Assembly: GCA_963713105.1 (NCBI GenBank)
Contig: CAVQKJ010000004.1
Location: 202,400 to 266,399 of the forward strand
Origin: an uncultured Chlamydiae bacterium
GTDB taxonomy: Bacteria; Chlamydiota; Chlamydiia; Chlamydiales; SM23-39
Length of the DNA stretch: 64,000 bases
Reading direction: 5' to 3'
Part shown: in pieces, positions 7,952 through 17,794 of the stretch
Numbering within the stretch: position 1 is the stretch's first letter
Layout: every line of letters begins with the position of its first letter
Notes under the pieces: generated by a model
Seen by the model: only the letters and a program-made list of their open reading frames with translations
What the model was told of the DNA's origin: nothing
The model's database searches: none
Made by a program: the position numbers and the translations under genes

Positions 7952-9943
7952 ATGTCTGCACTAACATTTGATCAAAAATTAGCACAAATTAAAGACCAAA
8001 CTTTTTTCACAAATCTTCAAAAATATACTGCGCAGGTTAATAGTGCGCAAAATCCCCAGGATGTAGCTAAGGCGAAAGGGATCTTGTCAAAAGTAATGAA
8101 ATCAGCCGAAGCGCGGATAGCACTTGATGGCAAAAAGAACGCAGATTTCGTGAAATTTTTTGCCGAAGCGAAACAGGCTCTTAACCCCTCGCCGGCAGCT
8201 TCTACACCTGCACCAGAATCAAGTGAACAGTCAAAACCCTCTCAAGTCGCTTCAAAAACTCCTGCAAATGAGCAACAGAAAACCGAAACCGCTGCAGCTC
8301 CTGCTACTGCCCCTGCCGCACCTAAGAAAACTTCAGCTCCTGCACCTTCACAAAAACCAGCCGCTCCATCGCGATCGTATTTTACTACCCGCAACGCAAT
8401 GGTCCTCCTTCTCGTAGGAGGCACCGTAGCCGCAGCTCTTTATCCTGAAGAAGCAGCATTCGGACTATTAGGCAGTCAGTTAGGTTTTTACGTAAAAACG
8501 GCAACACTTACCGGCGCTTTAACATGGGGCTTATACGAAGGTAACAAATTGTTAAATATTGTCTCCCCTCGCAAACCAATTGCCGCACCTGCAACTTCAT
8601 CAGCAACACCGCAATCATCCTCAATCTCTTCCAAACAGTCGCCTTCAGAGCCAGAAGCGAGTGAACCGTATCTCGGTTTGACATACGATGAGGATGGACA
8701 AGGAAGGCCTGTCGTAACTGAACTGGCCCCAAATGGTCCAGCAGCGCGTGCCGGTCTTATGGTTGGCGATATCATCACCAATACAGATATTCTTGATAAT
8801 TCGAAAATGCGCCCAGGCATGGATGTGATCTTCAAAATCAGCAGAACGGGTAAGCCAATAATGAAAATCACTGTGCAAGTCGAAGCGGCACCAAAAGCAG
8901 ACGAAGAACCAGATTCACCCGCTCCAGAAAAACTATCTGCAACTTCTTCAAAAAAGTCCCCTTTATTAACAGATGCAAATCCTCAATCTGGCTATTTGGG
9001 TTTGGCCGTTTTTCCAGAGGACCAAGGCACGATGTTTATAACTCAGGTCGACGATGGAAGTCCTGCTCAGACCGCAGGTTTTATGACCGGCGATGTCATT
9101 AAATCTAGTTATGAAGATTTCGTAAACAACGTTCTTAATGGAACTCAGCCTGGAACAAAATTGACTTTCAACATAGAACGAGATGGCTCACCGATGATTA
9201 TTAATATCACAGCGGGCCCAGTTCCTGGCGATAAAATTGAACCGTCTCTAGCTGATACAGTCGCTCAACTATCTTCGGCATCTCCAGCGTCGGCAATAGC
9301 GTCGAAGAAATCTCCGACAGTTGTAGAACAAGCAACCGCTCAATCATCTTCAGTGACTGCACCGAAACAGATTCACGTTGCTGCAGATCTGAATCCAACC
9401 GCTCCTGTAGTTCAATTGGCCCCCGCACCCGCTAATGGTCCAATCGGCTATTTGGGTATCGCCGCAATTCCGACGGCTGATGGAAACACTCTGGTTACGG
9501 GAGTTAAAGCAGGAAGCCCTGCAGAATCGGTAGGTCTAAAGAAGAATGATCTCATTCAAATGCCTTATATAGATTATGTGAAAGGTTGTCAAAGTCGTGT
9601 TGAGGGAGAAACCTATTCTTTCAAGGTAATACGAGATGGCGGCAAACAGATGCATATTATTACTATCAAAGCGGGCCCGATTCCTGGCGATAAAATCCAA
9701 ATACCCCAAACTATGGCTGCTGCTCAATCATCTTCGGCATCCGCAATAGCATCGAAAATATCTCCGGCCGTAACCGCTCGATCATCTTCAGCGTCTACAA
9801 CAAAGCAGACGAAACATACAGCGCCTCAAACACAGCGACAAGAAGCGACGAGAGAACTCTCTGCAGCTGATATAGCTCGGGATGGTGCAATGAAGGCGTT
9901 GGCTATAGCTAGAAAACGAGCTGCTGATAATGACGACTTATAA
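7952..9943 (+). CDS. Membrane protein with three PDZ domains separated by Ser/Ala/Pro-rich linkers
   Basis: 663 aa. Hydrophobic pair AMVLLLVGGTVAAALY / TATLTGALTWGLY. Three PDZ-like modules each start with a carboxylate-binding-loop-like YLG[LI] (YLGLTYDEDG..GPAARAGLMVGDII; YLGLAVFPED..SPAQTAGFMTGDVI; YLGIAAIPTA..SPAESVGLKKNDLI). Confidence 0.75.
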   Translation: MSALTFDQKLAQIKDQTFFTNLQKYTAQVNSAQNPQDVAKAKGILSKVMKSAEARIALDGKKNADFVKFFAEAKQALNPSPAASTPAPESSEQSKPSQVASKTPANEQQKTETAAAPATAPAAPKKTSAPAPSQKPAAPSRSYFTTRNAMVLLLVGGTVAAALYPEEAAFGLLGSQLGFYVKTATLTGALTWGLYEGNKLLNIVSPRKPIAAPATSSATPQSSSISSKQSPSEPEASEPYLGLTYDEDGQGRPVVTELAPNGPAARAGLMVGDIITNTDILDNSKMRPGMDVIFKISRTGKPIMKITVQVEAAPKADEEPDSPAPEKLSATSSKKSPLLTDANPQSGYLGLAVFPEDQGTMFITQVDDGSPAQTAGFMTGDVIKSSYEDFVNNVLNGTQPGTKLTFNIERDGSPMIINITAGPVPGDKIEPSLADTVAQLSSASPASAIASKKSPTVVEQATAQSSSVTAPKQIHVAADLNPTAPVVQLAPAPANGPIGYLGIAAIPTADGNTLVTGVKAGSPAESVGLKKNDLIQMPYIDYVKGCQSRVEGETYSFKVIRDGGKQMHIITIKAGPIPGDKIQIPQTMAAAQSSSASAIASKISPAVTARSSSASTTKQTKHTAPQTQRQEATRELSAADIARDGAMKALAIARKRAADNDDL

Positions 9944-9978
9944 ATAAGCTGACGTATCAGAATCTTAAAATTCGAACT

Positions 9979-10012
9979 CAACAGCTCGGCTACGGCCGAG
10001 CTGTTTTTTTTT
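9979..10012. terminator. Rho-independent terminator between convergent genes
   Basis: CAACAGCTCGGC-TACG-GCCGAGCTGTT followed by T9 on the plus strand. Confidence 0.8.
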
Positions 10013-10020
10013 GATTTGAT

Positions 10021-11229
10021 TTAGGAAGCGGTCATGGCTTGCTGAAGGATTTCACCGGCTAGGATCAATAAAGCGAAAGCCATTAAAATAATTAGAACAG
10101 GCTTTCCGCCTCCAAGTTGGCGGGACTCGCTTGGATAACGCTTAATGTAACGTCCTACCCACGCCATGATCGGCGGCATCAATCCAAATAAAAGCGCGCA
10201 ACTAATCCCTCCCGCATAGCCGAGAGCTATGAGGAAGATCTTTGGATAGATCAGCGCGATCGCCATCGGCGCCCCAAAAACCCCAATGCACAATGCGACC
10301 CGTTTCATCCCTTTCTTTTTCCACTTCAGGCCATCGGCCATGAAATCGAAAAAGGAGAGCCCTAATGGAATGAACGAAGTAGTCAGGGCGAAAAAGGCAA
10401 AATACTTGCCGATTTGAAAAACCATGGGGGTTTGGATGAACTGCTTCAGGGGACCCACCGCGTTTTGCCCTTGCGCCCCCGCATCGATTAAGCCGCCAGG
10501 GCCCTCTACCGGCACGATACCCAGAATCAGGAACTCCCAAATCAGGTAGATGACGAGGGGAATGGATGATCCGAGGACGATCGCGGTCCGGATTTTCCTT
10601 ACATTCCTCTCCATATAAGTCATCAAAGTGGGGATGATCACTTGATAGGTGAACGCTGTGAATAAGATGGGCAGCGCGATCCAGGCTTTGCCCCAGTTCG
10701 TGTACTTGAGGAGGTCGAAATCGACATGGCTGTAAGAGACCCCGATGAAGGCGAAGTAGCAGATGACGACGCCGCTGATTAGGATCATATTCAACCTGTC
10801 TACTGAATGGGCGCCCAGGTAGACGACAGGGGCGAAGATCGCCGAATAGAGGACGATGGCGGCCCAAGAGGGGAGGTTCCACCCTGTGATATCGTTCAAT
10901 ACAGCGCCGCCTCCGGCCGCATGGGCAATCATCACTGTGAGGAACAGAAAGAGATAGACTACCCAAAAGATCCATCTGCCGACGGGTCCGAGCATCTTAT
11001 CTGCCATGGAAATGAAACTGGTGTCTTTCGGCATCCAAAGGCTCACTTCGACGAGAAGCAGTCCGGTGCAAAGCATGAAGGCCCAGCAAATCAGATAGAT
11101 GAAAAGGGACGGAACGAAGCCGCTTGGGCCCGTTGCGACAGGGAGGGCCAGCATCCCCACTCCGATCGTCGTTCCCGCGATCAGAAGCGTTCCTCCAACA
11201 ACGTGTCCCAAAGAATGAATGATCCTCAT
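10021..11229 (-). CDS. tyrP: Aromatic amino-acid permease (HAAAP family, TyrP/Mtr-like)
   Basis: N-terminus MRIIHSLGHVVGGTLLIAGTTIGVGMLALPVATG matches the TyrP/Mtr signature, ~11 TM segments. Start chosen at the internal Met (ORF track extends to 11328). Confidence 0.8.
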   Translation of the reverse strand: MRIIHSLGHVVGGTLLIAGTTIGVGMLALPVATGPSGFVPSLFIYLICWAFMLCTGLLLVEVSLWMPKDTSFISMADKMLGPVGRWIFWVVYLFLFLTVMIAHAAGGGAVLNDITGWNLPSWAAIVLYSAIFAPVVYLGAHSVDRLNMILISGVVICYFAFIGVSYSHVDFDLLKYTNWGKAWIALPILFTAFTYQVIIPTLMTYMERNVRKIRTAIVLGSSIPLVIYLIWEFLILGIVPVEGPGGLIDAGAQGQNAVGPLKQFIQTPMVFQIGKYFAFFALTTSFIPLGLSFFDFMADGLKWKKKGMKRVALCIGVFGAPMAIALIYPKIFLIALGYAGGISCALLFGLMPPIMAWVGRYIKRYPSESRQLGGGKPVLIILMAFALLILAGEILQQAMTAS

Positions 11230-11341
11230 ATCGGCTCCGCAAAAAGTGCCTATCATACGCCTCCAAGGGATAAAGAGGGAGGAAAATATTGATAAATATT
11301 CGGATGAGGAAGAGACTTTTCCACCCAATTTAAGGGGTTTT

Positions 11342-12125
11342 ATGTTTCGTATCCTTTTTTTAATCGCCTCTGCAGCCGTCTCAATCTATGGTCACGTCCT
11401 CGATCCCTACCTGGAAAAGGAATACCGCGGCGATGCGCTAAAGGGGGAGATTGAAATCGTCAAAGATCCCGATCAGATCGCAGCAATTGAAGAACTGCAG
11501 TTCCAACGGCTTTTGAAAAAGGGGCTTGGGAAAGAAATGGCCAGGGAGTGGGCCAGAACCGGCATCGTGGCGGAAGACGCCTACTGGATCTGGCTTCGCG
11601 ATCCTGTTCGATTCCCGACGGGGACAATGGGGACTTACGGGCGCATTATCTGGAAAAGCCAGCTCAATGGGCCGGTCGGGGTCGCAGTCATGCCGATTCT
11701 CCCGGATGGCAAAATCGCCCTCAACCTCAACTTCCGCCATGCGACCCGTTCCTGGGAATGGGAATTGCCCAGAGGGGCGAGAAACGAGGGAGAATCGATC
11801 GAAGAGGCGGCGCAGCGCGAACTCAACGAAGAAACGGGGTATTCCATAAACAGGCTGGTCCATATTCGGCGACATGGCCGCCGACACAGGAGTCCTCGGA
11901 GGGATCGTGCCAGTCTTTGCGGGATGGGTAGGGGAGAGGGGAGGGTCGGCTAGGGAAGATTCGGAAGCCATTGCGGGGATCTATGGGTTCACGTTCGAGG
12001 AATTGGAAGAAGGGTTGAGACAAGGGTATATCGAAATCGAGTCCCAAGGAAAAGTCCCTATACGCGATTCGTTCTTGACCTTCGCCCTTTTTCAGTTTAA
12101 AAATAGGCATTTCAATTTGGAGTAG
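11342..12125 (+). pseudogene. Nudix hydrolase (ADP-ribose pyrophosphatase-like) with signal-like N-terminus; one frameshift near 11865
   Basis: Nudix box WELPRGARNEGESIEEAAQRELNEETGY. The frame changes after ..INRLVHI and continues as DMAADTGVLGGIVPVFAGWV.. in ORF 11874..12125. Confidence 0.65.
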
Positions 12126-12128
12126 GCC

Positions 12129-12533
12129 GTGACAGAGCGTCCCAAAGTCGGAATCGGAGTTCTTGTCCTATATAAAGACAGGGTCTTAGTAGGAAAAAGA
12201 CATGCTTCCCATGGAGATGGGAAATGGGGCTTTCCTGGAGGCCATCTGGAGTTCGGCGAGACGGCCGAAGCGTGCGCCGCGCGCGAACTCTTCGAAGAAA
12301 CGGGTCTTAAAGCCACTTCGATCCGCAGAGGTCCCTGGACCAACGACGTCATAGAAGAATCGAAACACTACATCACCCTTTTCATGATTGTCGACCGCTT
12401 CGAAGGGACTCTAGAAAACAAAGAGCCCCACAAATGCGAAAAATGGGAATGGCACTTCTGGGACCATCTTCCCGCGCCCTTATTCGATCCTATCGTATCT
12501 CTTAAAAAGATGAGTTTTTACCCTTATATTTAA
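12129..12533 (+). CDS. Nudix hydrolase (MutT-like)
   Basis: 134 aa, GTG start. Nudix box GFPGGHLEFGETAEACAARELFEETGL. Confidence 0.85.
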   Translation: MTERPKVGIGVLVLYKDRVLVGKRHASHGDGKWGFPGGHLEFGETAEACAARELFEETGLKATSIRRGPWTNDVIEESKHYITLFMIVDRFEGTLENKEPHKCEKWEWHFWDHLPAPLFDPIVSLKKMSFYPYI

Positions 12534-15500
12534 AAATCTTTCATCAGTTGGAAAAGCCCTTCATGGGACATATATCGGCTGCCCATTTCACCGTTGTAGG
12601 AGAGGCTCACAGCCACTGGTTTGACAAAACCGATTTTCCATAAGAACTCAATCCCGGCCGAACCGAGATTCTGCGCCCCGCGGAACGCTTCGACGGAGAA
12701 GAGGGCGTTTGCGCCGACAATCGCGGCTGAAACCAAACCCGTGCCGAAGGCTTTTTTGTATACATAGCTCGCCTTTTCCATCACCATCCAAGATCCCCAA
12801 GAGGTCTCTCTCGATTCGTAAAACCGGAAGCCCGCTTCGGCGCGCAAAAATTCCGATGTGCGGCTCGACTGGGTCATGTCGAAGGCTCCCGCACCGTATT
12901 CGCGGAAAGCAGGCTGCCAATTCACCGCGCAGTCGGCCTGGGCGTAGGGTTCAAAGATCCCCAGACGTATCGGGCGTCGTATCCGAGGCCCAGGTGAGGG
13001 CAGAGCTGCCAGCTTTTAATCGTCGCGCTGGCCGTGGCGTCAAAACCGGAAACGCGATATGCCGGTAATTGTGGATCTGGTGATAGACGCCCCAGACGGC
13101 CAATTCGAGATATCCTTTTTGCCCATAGTAAGTATCGTAGATGTTGGCAAAGTAATAGTTGATATTCGCATGGCCCGCGCTGCCGTTTTCGACGAGATGC
13201 GTGTAGGCATACCCGCCGCTGAAACCTGCAAGGTTGTTCCAGAACTGCAGCGAGCTGGAATAATCGAAGCCGATCCAAGCCGCTCCTGAAACGAAATGGA
13301 AAGCCGGATTTTGGTCTGCCGATTTTTGATGTGAATATTCGCCAAGGCCGCCGATCCAGAAAGAGTATTTGTCACGCGGTTGACACACGGGACAGCGGGT
13401 TTTTTTCTCCGTTTTTGGCAGCTCATGGCGATTTCACTATTATCTGCCGAAAGGGCGGCGATTTCTGTCTGACTGTCTCTCTCGGTCCCCGCAAATAGCG
13501 CTGGTCCCAGAGATGGTTGCTTAAGTATTCACTAAGCCCGAAGAGAGTGTTTTGGGTCGTGTAGCCATAAACGCATTGCGGGCAGGGGAGGCGCTGTTCA
13601 ATGCGTTTTTCAGGGTCGTCCCAGACAACCCGGCTAAAATCTTCGTCGCCGCGGAATTCGGGGCGTTTTTGTTAAGATAATCGGCGAAACGCAACGTATT
13701 TCCAGTCAATCCCGCAGTCGTAATTTTTTGCATTGGACCTACATAAGACAACGTAACCGAACCCATCGTCCCTGGAACCTCAGTCAGTTGGAAATGGAAC
13801 CCAGGCAAACCGCCGGCGACCGTAGGGTTAAAAGAGCCTGTTACATTTCCGGCTGTCAGGAATGTGTAACTCATAGTGGTAGGATAGGATCCGGGGTCTT
13901 GCACGACGACGATGTTTCCTCCGATCGCCGCGGTCCCTGTAACGGTGTAAGTGGAGGAAGCCGCGGGGTTGATCTCCACCTGAGTCGTTCCCTGCAGAGT
14001 GAGTGTATCCGTGAAATTCATGTTCCCGATCGAGTTGCCCGCCGCAATCGTCCCTCCGCTATCGACCGTACAGGCGATAAACGTAGCGTTCCCTTTCAAA
14101 GTGCCGCTGTTTTGCACTTCTGTCACGGGGCTGATAACCGATCCATTGATCGTCAAAGTTCCCCCTTCAATAATCGTGTTCCCCGGATAGGTGTTGTCTC
14201 CATTGATGATCAAATTGCCTGCTTGCAAGACCACCGCGCCGCCGGAACCGGTATCGGTCCCCCCGTCGATCGGATTTGAAAGAGTTGTTGTTCCTGCGAT
14301 GTTGAAATTCATTGTGGAGCCGGCAAGCATAAAGAGATCGATCCCGCCCGATCCCACACCCAGATTTCCAGAGGTTCCTGAATTCGGATTCCCGAAGCCC
14401 CCAGTCCCGGGGACGGGTGTGACGCCGCCGGAAAAGGGCTCCGGGTTCGATGTTTGGAGGGTCAAAGTACCCGCATTCACAAAGATCGCGCCGCCGAGAG
14501 CCGCCCCGCCGCCGCCCCCGCCTTTCGTTTGCAGGGCACCGCCTGTCGATCCGTTGCCCCCATTTCCAGCGAAAATTCCGCCTCCTGGCTGCCCGGATCC
14601 AGATATTGCCCCCTCCTCCGCCTCCTCCTCCGAATCCACCAATGCCCCCCGCCGAGCCTTCAATTCTGGGGATGGTAACAGCTCCATCCGCTCCACCTCC
14701 GCCTCCACCGCCAAATCCTCCACTCCCGCCTGCGGCGGTCGTGCCTGCGGTGCCGCTTATCCCGCCGGATCCGCTTCCCGCGAGTCCCGCTTGGCCTCCG
14801 CCCCCTCCGCCTCCGCCAAACCCTCCACTGCCTCCTGCTTCCCCGTCTCCGCCGTTGCAACCAGGGTTTCCAACCGTCTTATTCCCTCCATGCCCTCCGC
14901 TACCCCCTCCTCCGCCTCCAGCGTAATCATTCCCTCCCGTCCCCGTTCCTCCATTGCCGCCGGCCGTGCAAGTCGTTCCCGAGCTGCCTGTAGAGCCCGC
15001 AGCTCCAGCAGCGCCTCCTTGCGCCGTCGTGCAAGCCGTCGCTGGATCGGTAATAAATCCTCCTGTCCCATTAGATGCAGCGCAGCCGAATCCTCCTCCG
15101 CCGCCGCCTCCCGGCGAAGAATTAACAGCCGCGCCGGTTCCGCCCATTCCTCCTCCTCCGCCTCCTGCGGTGTTGATGGATGCCGTTCCTCCAATTCCTC
15201 CTATCGCTTTACATCCATCGAATGAGACGTCTATCAGAGTCACATCGCCGCCCCGGATGAAAAGGCCGCCGCCGAAACCCGCTCCTCCTCCGCCTCCATT
15301 GGCTCCATCGCCGCCTGCCGCAAACGCATTCTCAATATGCACATTGGAGATCGAGATGGTTCCCGAATCGATGGAAAAAGCGCGGTTTCCGCCTCCATTG
15401 ATTGTTTGCGTTCCCGACACAGGAGAAATGGACAAACTGGTTTGATTCAGGATCGGGGGGAGAGATGTAGCCAGAGTAATCGTCGACAATCCCGTTGCGA

Positions 15501-15672
15501 AAGCAATCGTGTTGCTGCCGCCCAGCGCATTGCTCATGAAGATCGCTTCGCGAAGCGTACCCGCCCCGCTATCGTTAAAACTTGTGACAGGGAAGTTCAT
15601 CAGGCTGAATGCTGTCTGGGCGGAAAACAGAAAAATAGCAAGAGCAGGGGAAACGTTTTTATCAGATACCAC
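12530..15672 (-). pseudogene. Pmp-like autotransporter with an exceptionally Gly-rich passenger; at least 5 frameshifts as assembled
   Basis: Signal peptide, then a ~250-aa region of GGxGG/G6-8 runs. The passenger continues in ORF 13521..14723, and the C-terminal barrel is spread over ORFs 13040..13426, 12951..13388 and 12530..12925. The barrel is clearly paralogous to 21749..24421 (FWIGGLGEYSHQKS.., ..LSYNGEMGSRYMSHEGLFQLMKDF). One junction is a C5 run at 14609..14613. Confidence 0.8.
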
Positions 15673-15768
15673 TATTTTTAAGCGAAACTGAAGAAAAATT
15701 TTATTCTTTTCAAGAAATGAATTTCTCTTAGAAGCTGTCTGCTTCTTAAATCCGACGATTATCGACTT

Positions 15769-15798
15769 TTGACAAAAGGAAGCCGAATCTATTATTAT
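15769..15798 (+). promoter_or_regulatory. Sigma-70-like promoter candidate upstream of the HAD gene
   Basis: TTGACA (15769..15774), a 17-18 nt spacer, then TATTAT (15793..15798), ~25 nt upstream of ATG 15824. Confidence 0.35.
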
Positions 15799-15823
15799 GA
15801 AAGTAAATAACTCTTAATTGAAC

Positions 15824-16450
15824 ATGAAAAGATTATTTATTTTTGATATGGATGGGACGTTGCTCCCAAACACGACAGCGATGATCCAGATCGCGGAAAT
15901 TACGGGCCACGGCAAAGAGTTGGCGATTCTGGAAAAAGAATATCTCGATAAAGAAATCGACAATCATCAGTTCGCCAAAAAACTCTACGATCTTTGGAAA
16001 GACCTTTCCATTGAAACGATCCGCGAAGCGTTCAATAAAACCCCTAAGCTGAAAAACATCGAAAAAGGGTTGCGAAAAATCAAAAAGGGGGGAGGAATCC
16101 CGTGCTTAATTACCGCCGCTCCCGAATTTTTCGCCAACCATTTTCTAGACTCCGGATTTGAATTCATCTTCGCTTCAAAACCCTTTAATTTAACGGAAAG
16201 GAGGCATACTCCGGAGAGCGTCCTTCACGCGAAAGACAAACCCGTCCTTGCAGCCAGGCTTTGCGAAAGGCTAAATTTAGACTTCCGCGAAAGCGCAGCA
16301 TTCGGCGATTCCCATTCCGACATTCCGTTATTCAAAGCGCTCACTCACACCGTTTCCGTAAACGGGGATGCGCACATCATGCCTTTTGCGAAACATCACT
16401 ATAATGGCCAGGATCTAATGGAGATTTTGGATCTTTTGAATATCCTATAA
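15824..16450 (+). CDS. HAD-superfamily hydrolase (SerB/subfamily IB-like)
   Basis: Motif I FIFDMDGTLL, motif IV FGDSHSDIPLF. ATG 15824 (track starts at TTG 15818). Confidence 0.8.
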   Translation: MKRLFIFDMDGTLLPNTTAMIQIAEITGHGKELAILEKEYLDKEIDNHQFAKKLYDLWKDLSIETIREAFNKTPKLKNIEKGLRKIKKGGGIPCLITAAPEFFANHFLDSGFEFIFASKPFNLTERRHTPESVLHAKDKPVLAARLCERLNLDFRESAAFGDSHSDIPLFKALTHTVSVNGDAHIMPFAKHHYNGQDLMEILDLLNIL

Positions 16451-17081
16451 ACACCCTGATTGACTCTAACGACTCTGTTTTTTCCGCGGCAGCGATGAGT
16501 TCTTTCAAACCGACCCTTCGATCAGCGCCTGGAATTAACACTTTTTCCAGGGATGGATAAGGATGCTCCAGCCTGATATACCCAGCGGCTTTCAGCATCA
16601 TGACCTCCCGTCCCAGAACCCGGGGCCTTTGATTTTGATCATCCCAGAAATTTTTATTCGGAAGACGACCCTCCGGCTCGTAAAGATGGAAACTTTTGCG
16701 GGCGTGAATCGCGCCAAATATATAGCTATCATTGAGCAGCACAGACCAATTGCTTTGGGAAAGAACGGCCCCTTGATGCATTTCTGTCGGCAATGGACCT
16801 TTGATCTCTTTTTTGCAAAAAGGCTCATCTGTCGAAAGAACCCCGAAATTGTAAAGCATTTCGACCGATTCGCATAATCCTTCATGTCCTACGACCATGA
16901 ACGGCAAAATCCCTTCGATCGCGTTGAGGTACATTTTATAGCACCTTTTTTCAAAATCCTCCCGGTGACTGGCTTGGCTAGTCTTGATCTGCTTTTTCGC
17001 TAATGAAGAATCCCAAACCTCTGAGACTTGCTGGGAAAAATCTTCAAAGGGGAGGGGAGTCGTTGAAATTTCCATGTTCAT
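16377..17081 (-). CDS. Hypothetical protein
   Basis: 234-aa ORF with ordinary composition and no recognised motif. The 3' end overlaps the convergent HAD gene by 74 nt. Confidence 0.45.
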   Translation of the reverse strand: MNMEISTTPLPFEDFSQQVSEVWDSSLAKKQIKTSQASHREDFEKRCYKMYLNAIEGILPFMVVGHEGLCESVEMLYNFGVLSTDEPFCKKEIKGPLPTEMHQGAVLSQSNWSVLLNDSYIFGAIHARKSFHLYEPEGRLPNKNFWDDQNQRPRVLGREVMMLKAAGYIRLEHPYPSLEKVLIPGADRRVGLKELIAAAEKTESLESIRVFIGYSKDPKSPLDPGHYSDVSQKA

Positions 17082-17207
17082 CCATTTTTTCTCTGTATTC
17101 TACAAAAATAAATGTGGCTATTCAATGACAAGGTTTTTAAGGAGCGGCAATTCTAAGCCCGCCGTATGAAGCTGGTTTTAAATCATTGACTGTCAACGGA
17201 TGAAATA

Positions 17208-17591
17208 ATGGCAATTGAACTAAATTCTATTAATCAATCGGGCAGCATTCAAAATATATCAGAAAATCGCCAGTTTAAGTTCAAACACCGCACTATAGAA
17301 AAATTAGATTCTCTGCCCCATGTTGTAATCAGCGGACCTCCCGATGTGGGGTTTAGATTGGAAGATTTGAAAGACCCTACAACCTGGGCCATTATTGCTT
17401 GTGCGGTTGCCGCTGTTGCGTTTTGCATCGGAGCTTTTGTTTTTGCTTTTTCGCCGCTAGGTCTTTTTGGCGCCGTTGGATTACCCCTGATCCTGGGATC
17501 CTTCTCAATCGCATTGGCCGGAGGGGGAATCGGCAGCGCAATCATATATTACCGAGACAGAGCCCTTCATAGAGAGTTAAACGGCGAGTAG
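17208..17591 (+). CDS. Small Inc-like membrane protein (bilobed hydrophobic domain)
   Basis: 127 aa. WAIIACAVAAVAFCIGAFVFAF-SPLG-LFGAVGLPLILGSFSIALAGGGIGSAII forms two adjacent TM segments joined by a short loop. Confidence 0.6.
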   Translation: MAIELNSINQSGSIQNISENRQFKFKHRTIEKLDSLPHVVISGPPDVGFRLEDLKDPTTWAIIACAVAAVAFCIGAFVFAFSPLGLFGAVGLPLILGSFSIALAGGGIGSAIIYYRDRALHRELNGE

Positions 17592-17794
17592 CCGCGGATG
17601 TCTTTGCTCCCCTAAACTTAACATAACATGAATTATCAGACGTTCTAAGTACGCATCATAAAAATGGCCGGGGCTCTATGAATAGCCCTTCGGATCCATC
17701 CCCTGGCTTCCGATTCCGCTCTCTATTTTCTTTTCTCTGTCTAAATTCATCTCTTTTAGGTAAATTTTTTTGTGTTTTACATAAGGATTGTATT

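Noticed and set aside
10202-11292. 257-aa minus-strand ORF and 161-aa plus-strand ORF inside tyrP
   Set aside because: Arg/Pro/Gly-rich off-frame translations of a clear 11-TM permease gene.
14191-15445. Long plus-strand Pro-rich ORFs (14191..15225, 14450..14926, 14954..15445) and Arg-rich minus-strand ORFs (14660..14860, 14757..15194)
   Set aside because: They are antisense or off-frame readings of the Gly-rich (GGN-codon) pmp passenger. The poly-Pro/poly-Arg composition is the expected mirror artefact.
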